DNA of 64,000 bases from Deltaproteobacteria bacterium (lineage in GTDB: Bacteria; Desulfobacterota; Desulfarculia; Adiutricales; Adiutricaceae). Each line of letters starts with the position of its first letter. Within the stretch, counting starts at the first letter, position 1. This document shows, piece after piece, positions 27,431-38,065 of this stretch. The stretch spans positions 7,262 through 71,261 of the forward strand of contig JAITRL010000298.1 of NCBI GenBank assembly GCA_031288415.1, read 5' to 3'. The position numbers and the translations under genes were made by a program. The notes beneath the pieces were generated by a model that was not told the DNA's origin, made no database searches, and worked only from the letters and a program-made list of their open reading frames with translations.

Positions 27431-30400
27431 ATGACAGCTCGGCTTATCCGGCTCTGCATCGCCCACCGGGGCCTAGTGCTTTTCGCGTCGGCGATCCTCG
27501 CCGTTTTCGGCCTCTATACCCTCCGGAACACTCCGGTCGACGCCCTCCCGGATCTGTCCGACGTCCAGGTGATCATCCGGACCCCGTACCCGGGCCAGGC
27601 GCCCAGGCTGGTGGAGGACCGCATCACGTACCCCTTGTCCAGGGCGATGCTCTCGGTCCCCCGCACCAAGGCCGTGCGGGGGTTTTCGGCGTTCGGGGAC
27701 AGCTTCGTGTACATCATCTTCGAGGACGGCACGGATCTTTACTGGGCGCGTTCCCGGGTCCTCGAGAACCTCTCCCGGGCCCAGGCCGATCTCCCCGCGG
27801 GGGTGACTTCTTCCTTAGGCCCTGACGCCACCGGGGTAGGGTGGATCCTGGAGTACGCCCTGGTCGACCGGACAGGCGGCACGGATCTGGCGGGCCTCAG
27901 GGCCATCCAGGACTGGCAGATCCGCTTCGAGCTTTCGGGGGTTCCGGGCGTGTCCGAGGTCGCCTCCGTCGGGGGAGCCGTCAAGGAGTACCAGATAGTC
28001 CCTGACCCGGTGCTCATGTCCCGCCACGGGGTGACCCTCGAGGCCCTGGAGGCCGCGGTGACGGCCTCCAACCAGGAGGCGGGCGGCTCGGTCATGGAGC
28101 AGGCCGGGGCCGAGTACATGATCAGGGCGACCGGGTACCTGGAGAGCCTGGAGGATTTCAGGAAAATCCTGGTCCGCTCCGAGCCCGGCTCACCCCCCGT
28201 GTTCCTGGAAGACGTGGCGAGCGTGAACATCGGCCCCGAGATGCGCCGGGGCATCGCCGAGCTCGGGGGAGAGGGCGAGGTGGCGGGCGCGGTCGTGCTC
28301 ATGCGCCAGGGCGAGAACGCCCGGCGGGTGATCCGCGCCGTCCGGGAGAAGCTGGGCGAGATCCGTAAAACGCTCCCCCCGGGCGTCGAGATCGTGACCG
28401 TCTACGACCGCTCCACCCTGATCGACGGGGCAATAAGGCATCTCGCGGAAAAGCTCGCGGAGGAGTTCGTGGTGGTGGCCCTCACCTGCGCGGTGTTCCT
28501 TCTCCACTTCCGCTCCTCTCTGGTCGCGGTGGCGGCTCTCCCGCTGGGGCTTCTCATCTCCTTCATCGTGATGCGCTTCCAGGGGGTTTCCGCCAACATC
28601 ATGAGCCTGGGAGGGCTCGCCATCGCCATCGGCACCATGGTCGACGCCTCCATCGTGATGGTGGAGAACCTCCACAAGAAGCTGGAAAAGCGGCGCCGGG
28701 AGCGGCCGGGGGAGGTTCCCGGCGCCGCGGCCCACTGGGAGATCGTCGCCGAGGCCAGCCTCGAGGTGGGCCCGGCCATCTTCGTGAGCCTTCTGGTGAT
28801 CACCATGTCCTTCATCCCGGTCTTCTCCCTGGAGGGCCAGGAAGGGAGGCTGTTCTCGCCCCTGGCCTTCACCAAGACCTACGCCATGGCCGGGGCGGCT
28901 TTCCTTTCGGTCACCCTCGTCCCCGTGCTCATGGGTTACCTGGTGCGGGGCAGGGTCCCCCAGGAGGACCGCAACCCCGTCAACCGTCTGCTTATCCGCA
29001 TCTACCACCCCCTGCTCTCGCTAGCCCTCAAAAGGCCCTGGCTCACCATGGCCGCCGCCCTGGCCGTGGCCCTGGGATCCCTGTACCCTTACTCCCGGCT
29101 GGGAGGGGAGTTCCTGCCGCGCATGGACGAGGGGGATCTGCTGTACATGCCCTCGACCCTGCCGGGCGTCTCTTCCGCCGAGGCCGCCCGGATCCTCCAG
29201 ATCACCTCCCGCCTGATCAGCTCGGTGCCGGAAGTGGACACGGTCTTCGGCAAGGCCGGCCGCGCCGAGACCGCCACCGACCCCGCGCCCCTGGAAATGA
29301 TCGAGACGGCGATACACCTGAAGCCCCGGGAAGAGTGGCGGCCAGGCATGACCGCAGAGAGAATAGTCGAGGAGCTCGACAGGACCGTGCGCCTGCCGGG
29401 CCTCGCCAACCTCTGGGTGCCCCCTATCCGCAACCGCATCGACATGATCTCCACCGGGGTCAAGAGCCCCTTGGGCGTGAAAGTCTCCGCGGCCAGGGCC
29501 GAGGACCTGGACTCCGCGGCGGTCGCGGTCCAGGAGGCGGCAAGATCGGTCCCCGGGGTGGCCAGCGCCCTGGCCGAGACCCAGGGCCAGGGCCGCTACG
29601 TCGAGATCCGCCTGGACCGCGAACGGGCGGCCCGCTACGGGCTGACCCCCGCCGCGGCCCAGCTCTACGTCTCCTCCGCCGTGGGGGGCATGGCCGTGGG
29701 GGAGACGGTGGAGGGCACGGCGCGCTACCCCGTCAACATCCGCTACCCCCAAAGCTACCGCGACAGCCTGGAGAGCCTGAGATCGCTTCCCATGCTCACC
29801 CCCCAAGGCCAGGAGATCACCCTCTCGGACATCGCTGACGTGGCCGTCTCCAAGGGCCCCTCCATGCTCAAGAGCGAGCAGGGCAGGCCGGCCGCCTGGG
29901 TCTACCTGGACGTGCGCGGCCGCGACATCGCGGGCGTCGCCTCCGATCTCAGGGCGGCGATCGACGAAGGCGCGCCCCTGCCCCCTGGGGTCTCGGCGGA
30001 CCTCACCGGCCAGTACGAGTCTATGGAGCGCGCCAACCGCCGCCTGAAAGTCATGATCCCCGTGACTCTCCTCATAATCCTGGTACTTTTGTACTGGGAG
30101 TTCCGGGCCTGGACCGAGACGCTCTTCATCATGTTCTCGCTCCCCTTCGCCCTGGCGGGGGGGCTCTGGTTCATGCACCTCGCCGGCTACTCCCTCTCGG
30201 TCGCCTCGGGGGTGGGTTTCATCGCACTGGCGGGGCTGGCCGCCGAGTTCGGGGTCATCATGCTCATCTACCTGCGCGAGGCGGTCCGGGAGCGCCCGGC
30301 CTTCGCGGATCCCGCCTCCGTGACCCCGGCCCTGGTGGACGAGGCCATCCACGCCGGGGCCGTGCTGCGCGTGCGCCCCAAGGCCATGACCGTGGGCACG

Positions 30401-30631
30401 GTGGTCATCAGCCTCATCCCCATCTTCTGGAGCGACGGCATCGGCTCGGAGGTCATGAAGCGCATCTCGGCGCCTCTCTTCGGGGGCATGGTCACGGCCT
30501 TCACGCTCTCCATGTTCATCCTGCCCGCGGCCTGGAAGATCAAGCTCGATCTCCTCAGAAGGCGCGGGCTGAAGGCAGCCCGGAAACCGGCTGCGGGAGA
30601 AGCCGGGAAGCCCGGAGGGCCGCGGGCCTGA
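27431..30631 (+). CDS. cusA: CusA/CzcA-family heavy-metal efflux RND permease
   Basis: 1066 aa. The N-terminus [45 protein letters not shown] and the 12-TM RND layout match the HME-RND family. Confidence 0.9.
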   Translation: MTARLIRLCIAHRGLVLFASAILAVFGLYTLRNTPVDALPDLSDVQVIIRTPYPGQAPRLVEDRITYPLSRAMLSVPRTKAVRGFSAFGDSFVYIIFEDGTDLYWARSRVLENLSRAQADLPAGVTSSLGPDATGVGWILEYALVDRTGGTDLAGLRAIQDWQIRFELSGVPGVSEVASVGGAVKEYQIVPDPVLMSRHGVTLEALEAAVTASNQEAGGSVMEQAGAEYMIRATGYLESLEDFRKILVRSEPGSPPVFLEDVASVNIGPEMRRGIAELGGEGEVAGAVVLMRQGENARRVIRAVREKLGEIRKTLPPGVEIVTVYDRSTLIDGAIRHLAEKLAEEFVVVALTCAVFLLHFRSSLVAVAALPLGLLISFIVMRFQGVSANIMSLGGLAIAIGTMVDASIVMVENLHKKLEKRRRERPGEVPGAAAHWEIVAEASLEVGPAIFVSLLVITMSFIPVFSLEGQEGRLFSPLAFTKTYAMAGAAFLSVTLVPVLMGYLVRGRVPQEDRNPVNRLLIRIYHPLLSLALKRPWLTMAAALAVALGSLYPYSRLGGEFLPRMDEGDLLYMPSTLPGVSSAEAARILQITSRLISSVPEVDTVFGKAGRAETATDPAPLEMIETAIHLKPREEWRPGMTAERIVEELDRTVRLPGLANLWVPPIRNRIDMISTGVKSPLGVKVSAARAEDLDSAAVAVQEAARSVPGVASALAETQGQGRYVEIRLDRERAARYGLTPAAAQLYVSSAVGGMAVGETVEGTARYPVNIRYPQSYRDSLESLRSLPMLTPQGQEITLSDIADVAVSKGPSMLKSEQGRPAAWVYLDVRGRDIAGVASDLRAAIDEGAPLPPGVSADLTGQYESMERANRRLKVMIPVTLLIILVLLYWEFRAWTETLFIMFSLPFALAGGLWFMHLAGYSLSVASGVGFIALAGLAAEFGVIMLIYLREAVRERPAFADPASVTPALVDEAIHAGAVLRVRPKAMTVGTVVISLIPIFWSDGIGSEVMKRISAPLFGGMVTAFTLSMFILPAAWKIKLDLLRRRGLKAARKPAAGEAGKPGGPRA

Positions 30632-30678
30632 AGGCGGCCAGCCTTCATCGGCCGCGCTCGCGAAAGCCATGCAAGGGG

Positions 30679-30852
30679 TTCGGGCGGCCGCGAACCCGAA
30701 TATATTCGGCCGGCGGCGAACGCGGCGGGCCCGCGACGGATTCCAGGGACATCAAAACCGTAAGTCCCTGCCAAGACTTCGGGCGGCCGCGATCCCGAAT
30801 GTATTCGGCCGGCGACGAACGCGGCGGGCCCGCGACGGATTCCAGGGGCATC
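30679..30852. repeat. Two 75-bp direct repeats (71/75 identical), starts 99 bp apart, each with internal palindromes
   Basis: Copies at 30679-30753 and 30778-30852. Each contains CCGAAT(A/G)TATTCGG and CGGGCCCG palindromes. Confidence 0.85.
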
Positions 30853-31134
30853 GGACCCGGAAGGCCCTGCGAAGCCTTCGGACGGCCCGGAACGCCTCAG
30901 GCCCCGCAGGGATGTGGGGCCCGCGAACGCCTCAGTCCCTGCGGGCCGCGGGGGGCGGCCGGCCCGGGAGTTCCGCGAGGCGCCCTGCCGCCCGTAAGGG
31001 CTTGAGCCCGGAAAACCCGCTCGCGGCGACGGGCACGGCGGGCGGCAGGAACGCCGGCGGAAGGCTTGGAGTCTCCGCGGCTCCCCGCTCCCGGCCGGCT
31101 CCGCCGGCGGCCGCTTGCGCCGCCGGAGACAAAC

Positions 31135-32340
31135 TCAGGGCCGCGCCGTCTCCGCGCCTTGCCCGCGCCGCGCCCGCGCGACCCCGGAGCTTTCCGCGGC
31201 CGCTGCCGCGGCGGCTGCCACCCTCTCCCGCACCCTCGCGTCGAAGGGAAGCGGGAGTATCCTGTCCGGCGTAAGCCCGTCTTCCTCGGCGATGGAAGCC
31301 AGGGCTTCGGAGGCGGCAATCTTCATGGGCTCGTTGATGTCGGAGGCGCGGACGTCAAGGGCCCCCCGGAAGATCCCGGGGAAGGCCAGCACGTTGTTGA
31401 TCTGGTTGGGGAAATCCGATCTCCCCGTGCCGACGACGGCGGCCCCGGCGGCGAGGGCCTCCTCGGGGAGTATCTCAGGGACCGGGTTCGCCATGGCGAA
31501 CACGACAGGGCTCCGGGCCATGCTTCTCACCATGTCCCCCGTGACCAGCCCCGCCGCCGACACGCCGATGAAGACGTCCGCGCCCCTGAGGGCGCCCTCC
31601 AGCGTTCCCCTGAACCTCTCCCGGTTGGTGACTGCCGCGAGGGCCTCCTTTTCCGGATCCAGGCCGGGGCGCCCAGGCCAGATCGCCCCGCGGCGGTCGC
31701 ACAGGACCGCATCCCCCAGGCCCGCGGACAGGAGGAGCCTGGCGGAGGCCGCCCCTGCCGCGCCCGCGCCGGAGATCACGGCCCTGGCCGAGCCCAGGCT
31801 CTTCCCCGCCAGCTTCAGGGCGCCGCGCAGGGCGGCGAGGACCACCACGGCGGTCCCGTGCTGGTCATCGTGGAAGACCGGGATATCCAGCTCGGCCTTG
31901 AGCCTCCTTTCCACCTCGAAGCAGCGGGGCGCGGCGATGTCCTCCAGGTTAATCCCGCCGAAGCTGCCGGAAACCAGGCTCACGGCCCGCACGATCTCGT
32001 CGGCCTCGCGGGACCCCACGCACAGCGGGAACGCGTCCACTCCCCCGAAAGCCTTGAAGAGCACGCATTTTCCCTCCATGACCGGCAGGCCGGCCAGGGG
32101 CCCGATGTCCCCCAGCCCGAGCACCGCCGAGCCGTCGGTAACCACGGCCACAGTGTTCCAGCGGCCGGTCAGCCCGTAGCTCTGCGCGGGATCGTCGCGG
32201 ATGGCCACGCAGGCCGCCGCCACTCCGGGCGTGTAGGCCAAAGAGAGGTCCTCGCGCGTGGCGACGGGCATCTTGTGCCTGATGTCGAGCTTGCCTCTCC
32301 ACTTGTAATGAAGCCGCAGCGATTCCTCAGCGTAGTCCAT
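31135..32340 (-). CDS. NAD(P)-dependent malic enzyme (short form, no PTA domain)
   Basis: From Met48 of the ORF: MDYAEESLRLHYKWRGKLDIRHKMPVATREDLSLAYTPGVA...VVTDGSAVLGLGDIG...PVMEGK, the classic malic-enzyme signature. Confidence 0.9.
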   Translation of the reverse strand: MDYAEESLRLHYKWRGKLDIRHKMPVATREDLSLAYTPGVAAACVAIRDDPAQSYGLTGRWNTVAVVTDGSAVLGLGDIGPLAGLPVMEGKCVLFKAFGGVDAFPLCVGSREADEIVRAVSLVSGSFGGINLEDIAAPRCFEVERRLKAELDIPVFHDDQHGTAVVVLAALRGALKLAGKSLGSARAVISGAGAAGAASARLLLSAGLGDAVLCDRRGAIWPGRPGLDPEKEALAAVTNRERFRGTLEGALRGADVFIGVSAAGLVTGDMVRSMARSPVVFAMANPVPEILPEEALAAGAAVVGTGRSDFPNQINNVLAFPGIFRGALDVRASDINEPMKIAASEALASIAEEDGLTPDRILPLPFDARVRERVAAAAAAAAESSGVARARRGQGAETARP

Positions 32341-34941
32341 GGGCGCTCCTGTGCCGGCCGGTGGGGCTTTCCGGCCTGCCTTCCCGCGGCTTGCCGAAGC
32401 TCCCCGCGGCCGGCGCCGTGGCCCTGCCGAGCCTTGCGCATGCTCCGGAAAAAAAAGGCCTCGGCGCCGGCCGCGGGGCATGGGGGACGAGATAAAATTC
32501 GCCTTCCGTCATGTCCCCCGCGTCAGACGGGCGGGGCAGGGCCGGCGACGCGCAACGCCTCTCCGGCGCGCAAGGGCCCGCGGAACAGAACAGTTCGGGA
32601 GAGCGCGCGCTCATGGTTTCCTCGGCTTGAGCCAGGGGATTCCGGGGAGCGACGGGACGGGCAAGGCGCCGGCAAGGCGGCCGGGACTTCGGGGGGCTTG
32701 CCGGCAGGCTTGAATGATGACTCTACTCCAGGAAAACCCGCAAGGCAACCTGACAAGCCGCCGCCCGCCGCGGCCGCGCGCGGCCCGGAAGCGGCCGGGC
32801 CGGCCGCAGGGTTCGGCATGCGCCCCATGCGCCCGCGGATACCGTTCCGGCGGCCAGGCTCACGGGCGCGCCGGGTCCGAACGCTTAAACGACCCGATTT
32901 CCGCGCGTCTCTTTCGCCTCGTTTTTGTAAGACCGTCTCCCGAAACCGGCTGAACCCCAACATGAAATGCGCGTCGTCGAAAGGCGCGTCATAGCCGGAG
33001 GGCGGCCGAGCCCAAGCAGGCCGCGCGGCCGGCCGGGCGCATCCCCTGAAACATCGGGGTTCCCGCGGCTCTCCGGAAGGAGGCGCATGCTCCCTCCGTG
33101 AAGCTCCCGGCCTTCGGGTCCTTCACGGCGAAAAGCCTCCTCCGGACACGGCCGGGCTTTCCCCTGCCGGCCGCGCGCCGCGGAATCGGCCGAGGCGCCG
33201 CGGCCGCCCCGGCAGGTTATTTCTCACGGCCGCCTGGCTCGCGCCCCCAATGCCGCGCCCGCGCGGCGGATTTTCCGGCAGTTCCGGGGCGGGCCGCTTT
33301 CGGAAATGCCTTGTCGCGGGCCTAAGTCATTTTCCGCCGCTGAAGACCGAGCCGGCGCCCGGGCTTGCCTCGCCCCGCGACGCGCCTGGGCCGCCTGCCG
33401 AAGCCCGTCACGTCGGGGGCGATCCGCCCGATTTTCATCAGGCCGGAACTTCCTGAGCGTCTCGCGGCGCCGCCGATAAGGCCGGCCCGGCCCCGGCTCC
33501 CGCTGAGGAACCTCGCGGCGGAAGCGCCGCTTTTCCCCTGAGGGCGGGCCGGCGCTTTCGCGGCAAAACTTTTCGCCCGCCTGTTCACCCGCAAGTCGCC
33601 CGCGAACACTGGCGGCTTTACCGCCCTGCGGTCCCCGCGCCGCGCGATCGGCACGGACCCCTGCGGCAAGCGCCTTTTGCGGAACCTGCCCTGGCCGGCC
33701 AAGAGAAGCCCGGGCAGGCTCCCTTGCGCGCGGCCGCGCGCCGGCCGCGCCCGGGGCCGCTCGTGAGCCTGTACCGCGGGATGGAGAACTGCCGCCGGCC
33801 GGCATATTCAACGCGGCCCTGAGAGAAATCAAGCGGAGACGTTCCCTCTGGCGCCCCGCTCCTTCCGTTCCCTGCGGATGCCTCCCCGCGCCTCCCGCCC
33901 CGCGCGGCCCTAAATCCGGGTGGAGGCCCTGCGGCCGCTGAAGCCCTGCAAGGCGCGTCTTCAGTTCCGGGCGCCGCCGGCCCGGCAAAACCCTTGACCC
34001 GGCCCCCCGGGCCGTACTCCAAGGGCCGGCCGACAGGCAACGGCCCGGAGGGCCGGGCCGGATATCAGCCTTTTGCCGACAAGGCGCCCGACAGCGGGAA
34101 GGCCGAACAGACTTGGAAAGCCCTGTTGCAATCCTTCCGGCACATTGTTAAGCTTTTCAGCGGAAACTGCGGCGGCCCCCTCCGCGCTTATGTTTCCGGA
34201 CCGCTTCAGCCCTCCCGGCCTTTTTTGGGGCCTCTTTGTCAGTAGCCGTGTCCCTCGGCTAGAGGCATGATTTATAATTTATTGGAGTTTAAGCCTTACC
34301 TTATGAATTTAAGCTATCTAATATCTTTCAAAAATTTTGTAAATATATATAATTTATATAAAATAATTTCTTCTCATTGATGTTTTCCTGTAGTCCTCCC
34401 CCTATCTGACCTGACGCCTGACCGCCCAAAACAAGCCCCGCCCGCTGCCGGCTCGCTGGCGCAGCCCCTGCCGCCGCCCGGCACAACCTTCCGAATGCGG
34501 GCCCGATGAACGCGCCTCTGCACTGCCGGATAAGCCTTTGCCGGAGGCAGTCCCGTGACGGCCGGCCTGCCGGGCCGGGCGACGGCTTTCAGCCGCAGCC
34601 TTCCGCCGGCGTCCCCTCATGCATCCCCACGGGCCGAATCCGCAAGGGCTCCGCAAGCCCCGCACCGCCCGGCCCGCAGGGCGGCCAGGCGGAAACTGGC
34701 CTAAGGCTCTGCCAAGCCCCGCAGGCCGACTGCGGCATGGAAGGTTTGGCCTCGCCGGCGCAGGCGGCCGGCCGCCTGCCGGGCACAGGAATTGCGGAAC
34801 GCCCCGCAGGCCTGAAAGCCTGAACGGGGACCGGATGATCCGGAAATACCGCCAGACGGCCGGCTCGTCCCGGGGCTTCGGGGCCGGTTCCCTTGTTTCC
34901 GCGTCAATGACGTCAAATATACGGCGGCCGCCGCGACGGAG

Positions 34942-36201
34942 ATGCGCATGGACGAAGAAACCGCCAAAGACAAAACACGCGCCCCGGCGGCTGACATTAC
35001 CAGAAATGCCTTTGACGCGGCGGGAAAATGGCTGATTTCGTATAAGACGGAAGGCCTGTATGAGATTTTCGGCATTGACTACGACCCGAACAGCGTGATC
35101 TTGAGCGCCGAGCTGCCGGTAATAACGGCCCGTATCAAGGCCGCTGACTTCGTGCGCCTCACGCCCGACAGCGGCAAGCCGATTTCGGGGCCCTGCGGGC
35201 CTGAGGCCGGGGCCGGCGGCAGGCCGGAGGCGCGCGCGCCTCAGCCAGAGCGGAAGCATGATTTGCATCTGCAGCATTTCGAGTTCGACAGCGACGGGAA
35301 AGACGGAAATATCTGGCGGTACATGACATACTCGGCGGAAATAGCAAGGAGATATAACGAGCTGTTCAGGAAAACCGACATAGACGCAAAACCCGCGGAC
35401 ATAGTCACTTACGTCGTATACGCCCCTTCAGTCACCGGCAGCCCTGCCGACGGCTACGGGGCGCGTGACAGTTCCCTGCAGTTCAACGTGAGGCAAATCT
35501 TCCTGGGCCGCCTGATCGAGCCGAACGCCATGATCGAGAGCTGCCGCGAAAAGCTGCGGAATTTGAGCGGCGCCTCGAAAGAAGACGCCTCGGTTTCCGA
35601 AAAGGAATTCGTTTCCCTGGTTTTAATCCCTTTTTTCTTCAATAACCGGCCTAAGGGGGAGCTGGAGGATTATCTGAGCCTGGTTCTTGAGCTGTCCGGC
35701 AAAATCGATGATGCCTCGCTTGCCGCGTTAGTCCTGACGGCCAGCGCTAACCAGATCGACCTTAGCCCGTTCGCGGAGGAATTCCACAGGATGTTCAACC
35801 TTGAAATTGGTGATTTAGTGACCGCCGGCGCGTATTCGGCCGCGCTCAAGGGCAAGCTGAAGGCGGAAAGGAACGCGACCGAGGAGAGAACGGCCAGGCT
35901 GGAGGCGGAAAGGACCGCGGCCGAGGCGAAAAAGACCGCGGCCGAGGCGAAAAAGACCGCGGCCGAGGCGAAAAAGAACGCGGCCGAGGAGAGACAGAAC
36001 GCGGCCGAGGCGAAAAAGAACGCGGCCGAGGAGAAAAAGACCGCGACCGAGGCGAAAAAGAACGCGGCCGAGGCGAAAAAGAACGCGGCCGAGGAGAGAA
36101 CTGCCAGGCTCAAGGCGGAAAGGCGCATTCACGAACTGGAAAAGGCCTTGGCCCTCTCGACAAGGGGCGCGGCCGATCCAGGAGGCGAGCCGGACAAGTG
36201 A
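34942..36201 (+). CDS. Rpn/YhgA-like PD-(D/E)XK nuclease family protein with a C-terminal heptad-repeat coiled coil
   Basis: - The core reads ...AADFVRL...HDLHLQHFEFDSDGKDGNIWRYMTYSAEIARRY...IVTYVVYAP.
- This parallels the Rpn pattern D...hhhhEhQS..D..M..RM..Y...P.V.PhVhY.
- The C-terminus is (AAEAKKN)n flanked by ERTARLEAER motifs.
- The assignment was made by eye only. Confidence 0.55.
   Translation: MRMDEETAKDKTRAPAADITRNAFDAAGKWLISYKTEGLYEIFGIDYDPNSVILSAELPVITARIKAADFVRLTPDSGKPISGPCGPEAGAGGRPEARAPQPERKHDLHLQHFEFDSDGKDGNIWRYMTYSAEIARRYNELFRKTDIDAKPADIVTYVVYAPSVTGSPADGYGARDSSLQFNVRQIFLGRLIEPNAMIESCREKLRNLSGASKEDASVSEKEFVSLVLIPFFFNNRPKGELEDYLSLVLELSGKIDDASLAALVLTASANQIDLSPFAEEFHRMFNLEIGDLVTAGAYSAALKGKLKAERNATEERTARLEAERTAAEAKKTAAEAKKTAAEAKKNAAEERQNAAEAKKNAAEEKKTATEAKKNAAEAKKNAAEERTARLKAERRIHELEKALALSTRGAADPGGEPDK
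35917..36100. repeat. 21-bp (heptad) tandem repeat GCGGCCGAGGCGAAAAAGAMC, about 8.7 copies, inside the Rpn-like CDS
   Basis: Units start every 21 nt from 35917, read directly. Confidence 0.9.
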
Positions 36202-36690
36202 AGGGAATGGCGCCTTCGCCGGGCCGCTTTCGCCCTGGGCCCGCCGTGCCTTTCCTGTAACCGATCCCTCGGCGGCGTCAGCGCCTGACCCGGCTGCCAA
36301 AGCGCCCGCTTCACCCGATCTCAGGATCTTGCGGGTCCTGGCGGTCCATGACGGGTTCCCGCGAGCCGCGCCCGGCCGCCCGGCGCGAGCCGGCCGGGCG
36401 GGCGGACAGCGTGAGGCGCCAGACCTGCCTCGCCTGAGAGCCATGCTCTCCCGAAGACGCCTTCAGCCGCCCCAAGCCTTGCCCGGTTGCCGGGCCAGAC
36501 CGCCGCCGCCCTCCCCGAAAGATTTTTTTTCATGCGACAGGCAAGCGCCGAACCGCTCCTGCCGCCGCGGAGAACCGGCAAGAGCCTGCGGCAATACGCC
36601 TCACCACCCCGCTCCTGGCTTCAGGGCCCGCGACAGCCTCAATACGTCTTTTGGGCGGGCACAGCACAACCGCCGGGCTTGGGGCAGGCG
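36202..36690. repeat. Copy 1 of a ~490-bp conserved non-coding segment following the Rpn-like stop codon
   Basis: It aligns by eye over almost its whole length with 38669-39170. Shared strings include GATCCCTCGGCGGCG, CCATGACGGGTTCCCGCGAGCCGCGCCCGGCCGCCCGGCGCGAGCCGGCC, CTCGCCTGAGAGCCATGCTCTCCCGAAGACGCCTTCAGCCGCCCCAAGCCTTGCCCGG and CTTCAGGGCCCGCGACAGCCTCAATAC. Confidence 0.85.
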
Positions 36691-37200
36691 CACTAGTAGA
36701 ATTATATTAACAAATCATTTAACTAAACATAAGATATCTTGCTATAATATTAGATGATGGAAACTTTAACTGCTATAGATTAATCCTATTAAAAGTTAAT
36801 CTTCTAAATATATTTAATTTTATCAATATCATAATTTATATTACTCACTTCCCTCCATGAACGTTAAAATAGAATATTATAGATTATTTTATTATATCTA
36901 TAAATTACAAAGAGCACCCTTTCGAGGTTACTAATACGTTGTCTCTTACATAAGTCATACGACTACTTCGGCAGGACTTAAAGCGCCATGTAAACACGAT
37001 CGAGAAAAATATAGCACTCATATAGCTGTAACTATTGAAAAAATATATAACTCAATCCCCTTCCCAAAAAATTCATGTTGAATGAATAACACAATCACGT
37101 CAAGTAAAAAATCAATGCAAAGTTAATTCATGAACAATTCCTTGCCGTCTCCCGGGCGCCTTCGGGCTTTATCCTGTCCGCCCCGTCTCGAGCCGTCTGG

Positions 37201-37884
37201 TTGCGGCTGTTCCGGTCGGTATTCTCTTGCGGATGGAACGGGACAGTCGGCGTTCGGCCCTTCCCGGGCAGCCCTGACGCCAGGCCCGACCCCTTGTTTT
37301 CCGCATCGGACCTGACGGCCGACAGGAACCAGATCGACCTTAGCCCGTTCGTGGGGGTATTCAACATGATGTTCGACGTTGAAATGATAGATTTCTTGCT
37401 AGACGGCAAGTATACAGCCGCTATCAAGGGCAAGCTGGAAGCGGAATTGCACTTGGCCGAGGTGATAACGGCCAATCTGGAGTGGGATTTGCTCGCGGCC
37501 AAGAAGAGAACATCCAGGCTGAAAGCGGAAGTACTCATGGCTAGGGCGGAATCGCCCACGGCCGAGGCGAGAACGGCCAAGCTGAAGACGGATTTGCTCG
37601 TGCCCAAGGCGGAATCGCTCACGACCGAGGCGAGAACGGCCAAGCTGAAGACGGATTTGCTCGTGCCCAAGGCGGAAATGCGCGCGGCCGCGGCGAGAAC
37701 GGCCAAGCTGGAGGCGGATTTGCTCGTGGCCAAGGCGGAAATGCGCGCGACGGAGGCGGAATTGCGCGCGGCCGCGGAGAGAACGGCCAGGCTGGAGGCG
37801 GAAAGGCGCCTTCGCGAACTGGAACGGGCCGTGGACCTCGCAGCAAGTGACGCGGCCGATCCAGGATACGGGCCGGACAAATAA
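37201..37884 (+). CDS. Rpn-like C-terminal-only paralog (cassette 2): conserved hinge block plus a different coiled-coil repeat
   Basis: - Shares SDLTADRNQIDLSPF...MMFDVE...AAIKGKLEAE and the tail ERTARLEAERRLRELERAVDL...DK with the full-length gene.
- Has no nuclease domain.
- The repeat is about 60-63 bp (ARTAKLKTDLLVPKAE...).
- The ORF track uses a TTG start. The first ATG is at 37366. Confidence 0.35.
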   Translation: MRLFRSVFSCGWNGTVGVRPFPGSPDARPDPLFSASDLTADRNQIDLSPFVGVFNMMFDVEMIDFLLDGKYTAAIKGKLEAELHLAEVITANLEWDLLAAKKRTSRLKAEVLMARAESPTAEARTAKLKTDLLVPKAESLTTEARTAKLKTDLLVPKAEMRAAAARTAKLEADLLVAKAEMRATEAELRAAAERTARLEAERRLRELERAVDLAASDAADPGYGPDK

Positions 37885-38065
37885 GGAAAATGACGCCTTA
37901 GGCGGGGGGGGGGCGCTTCGCCCTGTCCCCGCCGTGCTTTTCCTGTTGCCGATCCCTCAGCGGCCCCGGCGGCTGACCCGGAAGCCGGAGCGCCCGCTTA
38001 ACCTGACCCCTGCGGATGGAACCGGGACTGTCGGCGTTCGGCCCTTCCCAGGCAGTCCTGGCTCT

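Noticed and set aside
32500-34900. ORFs in the GC-rich spacers as possible genes or gene relics. Examples: 12669..13535, 19280..19888, 26820..27434, 30669..31274, 33224..33988, 34402..35277, 39262..39753, 46220..46651, 58121..58996, 58265..59074.
   Set aside because: The translations are low-complexity R/P/G/A-rich with no recognisable domains or relic motifs. Without a homology search I cannot support any as coding or as a pseudogene.
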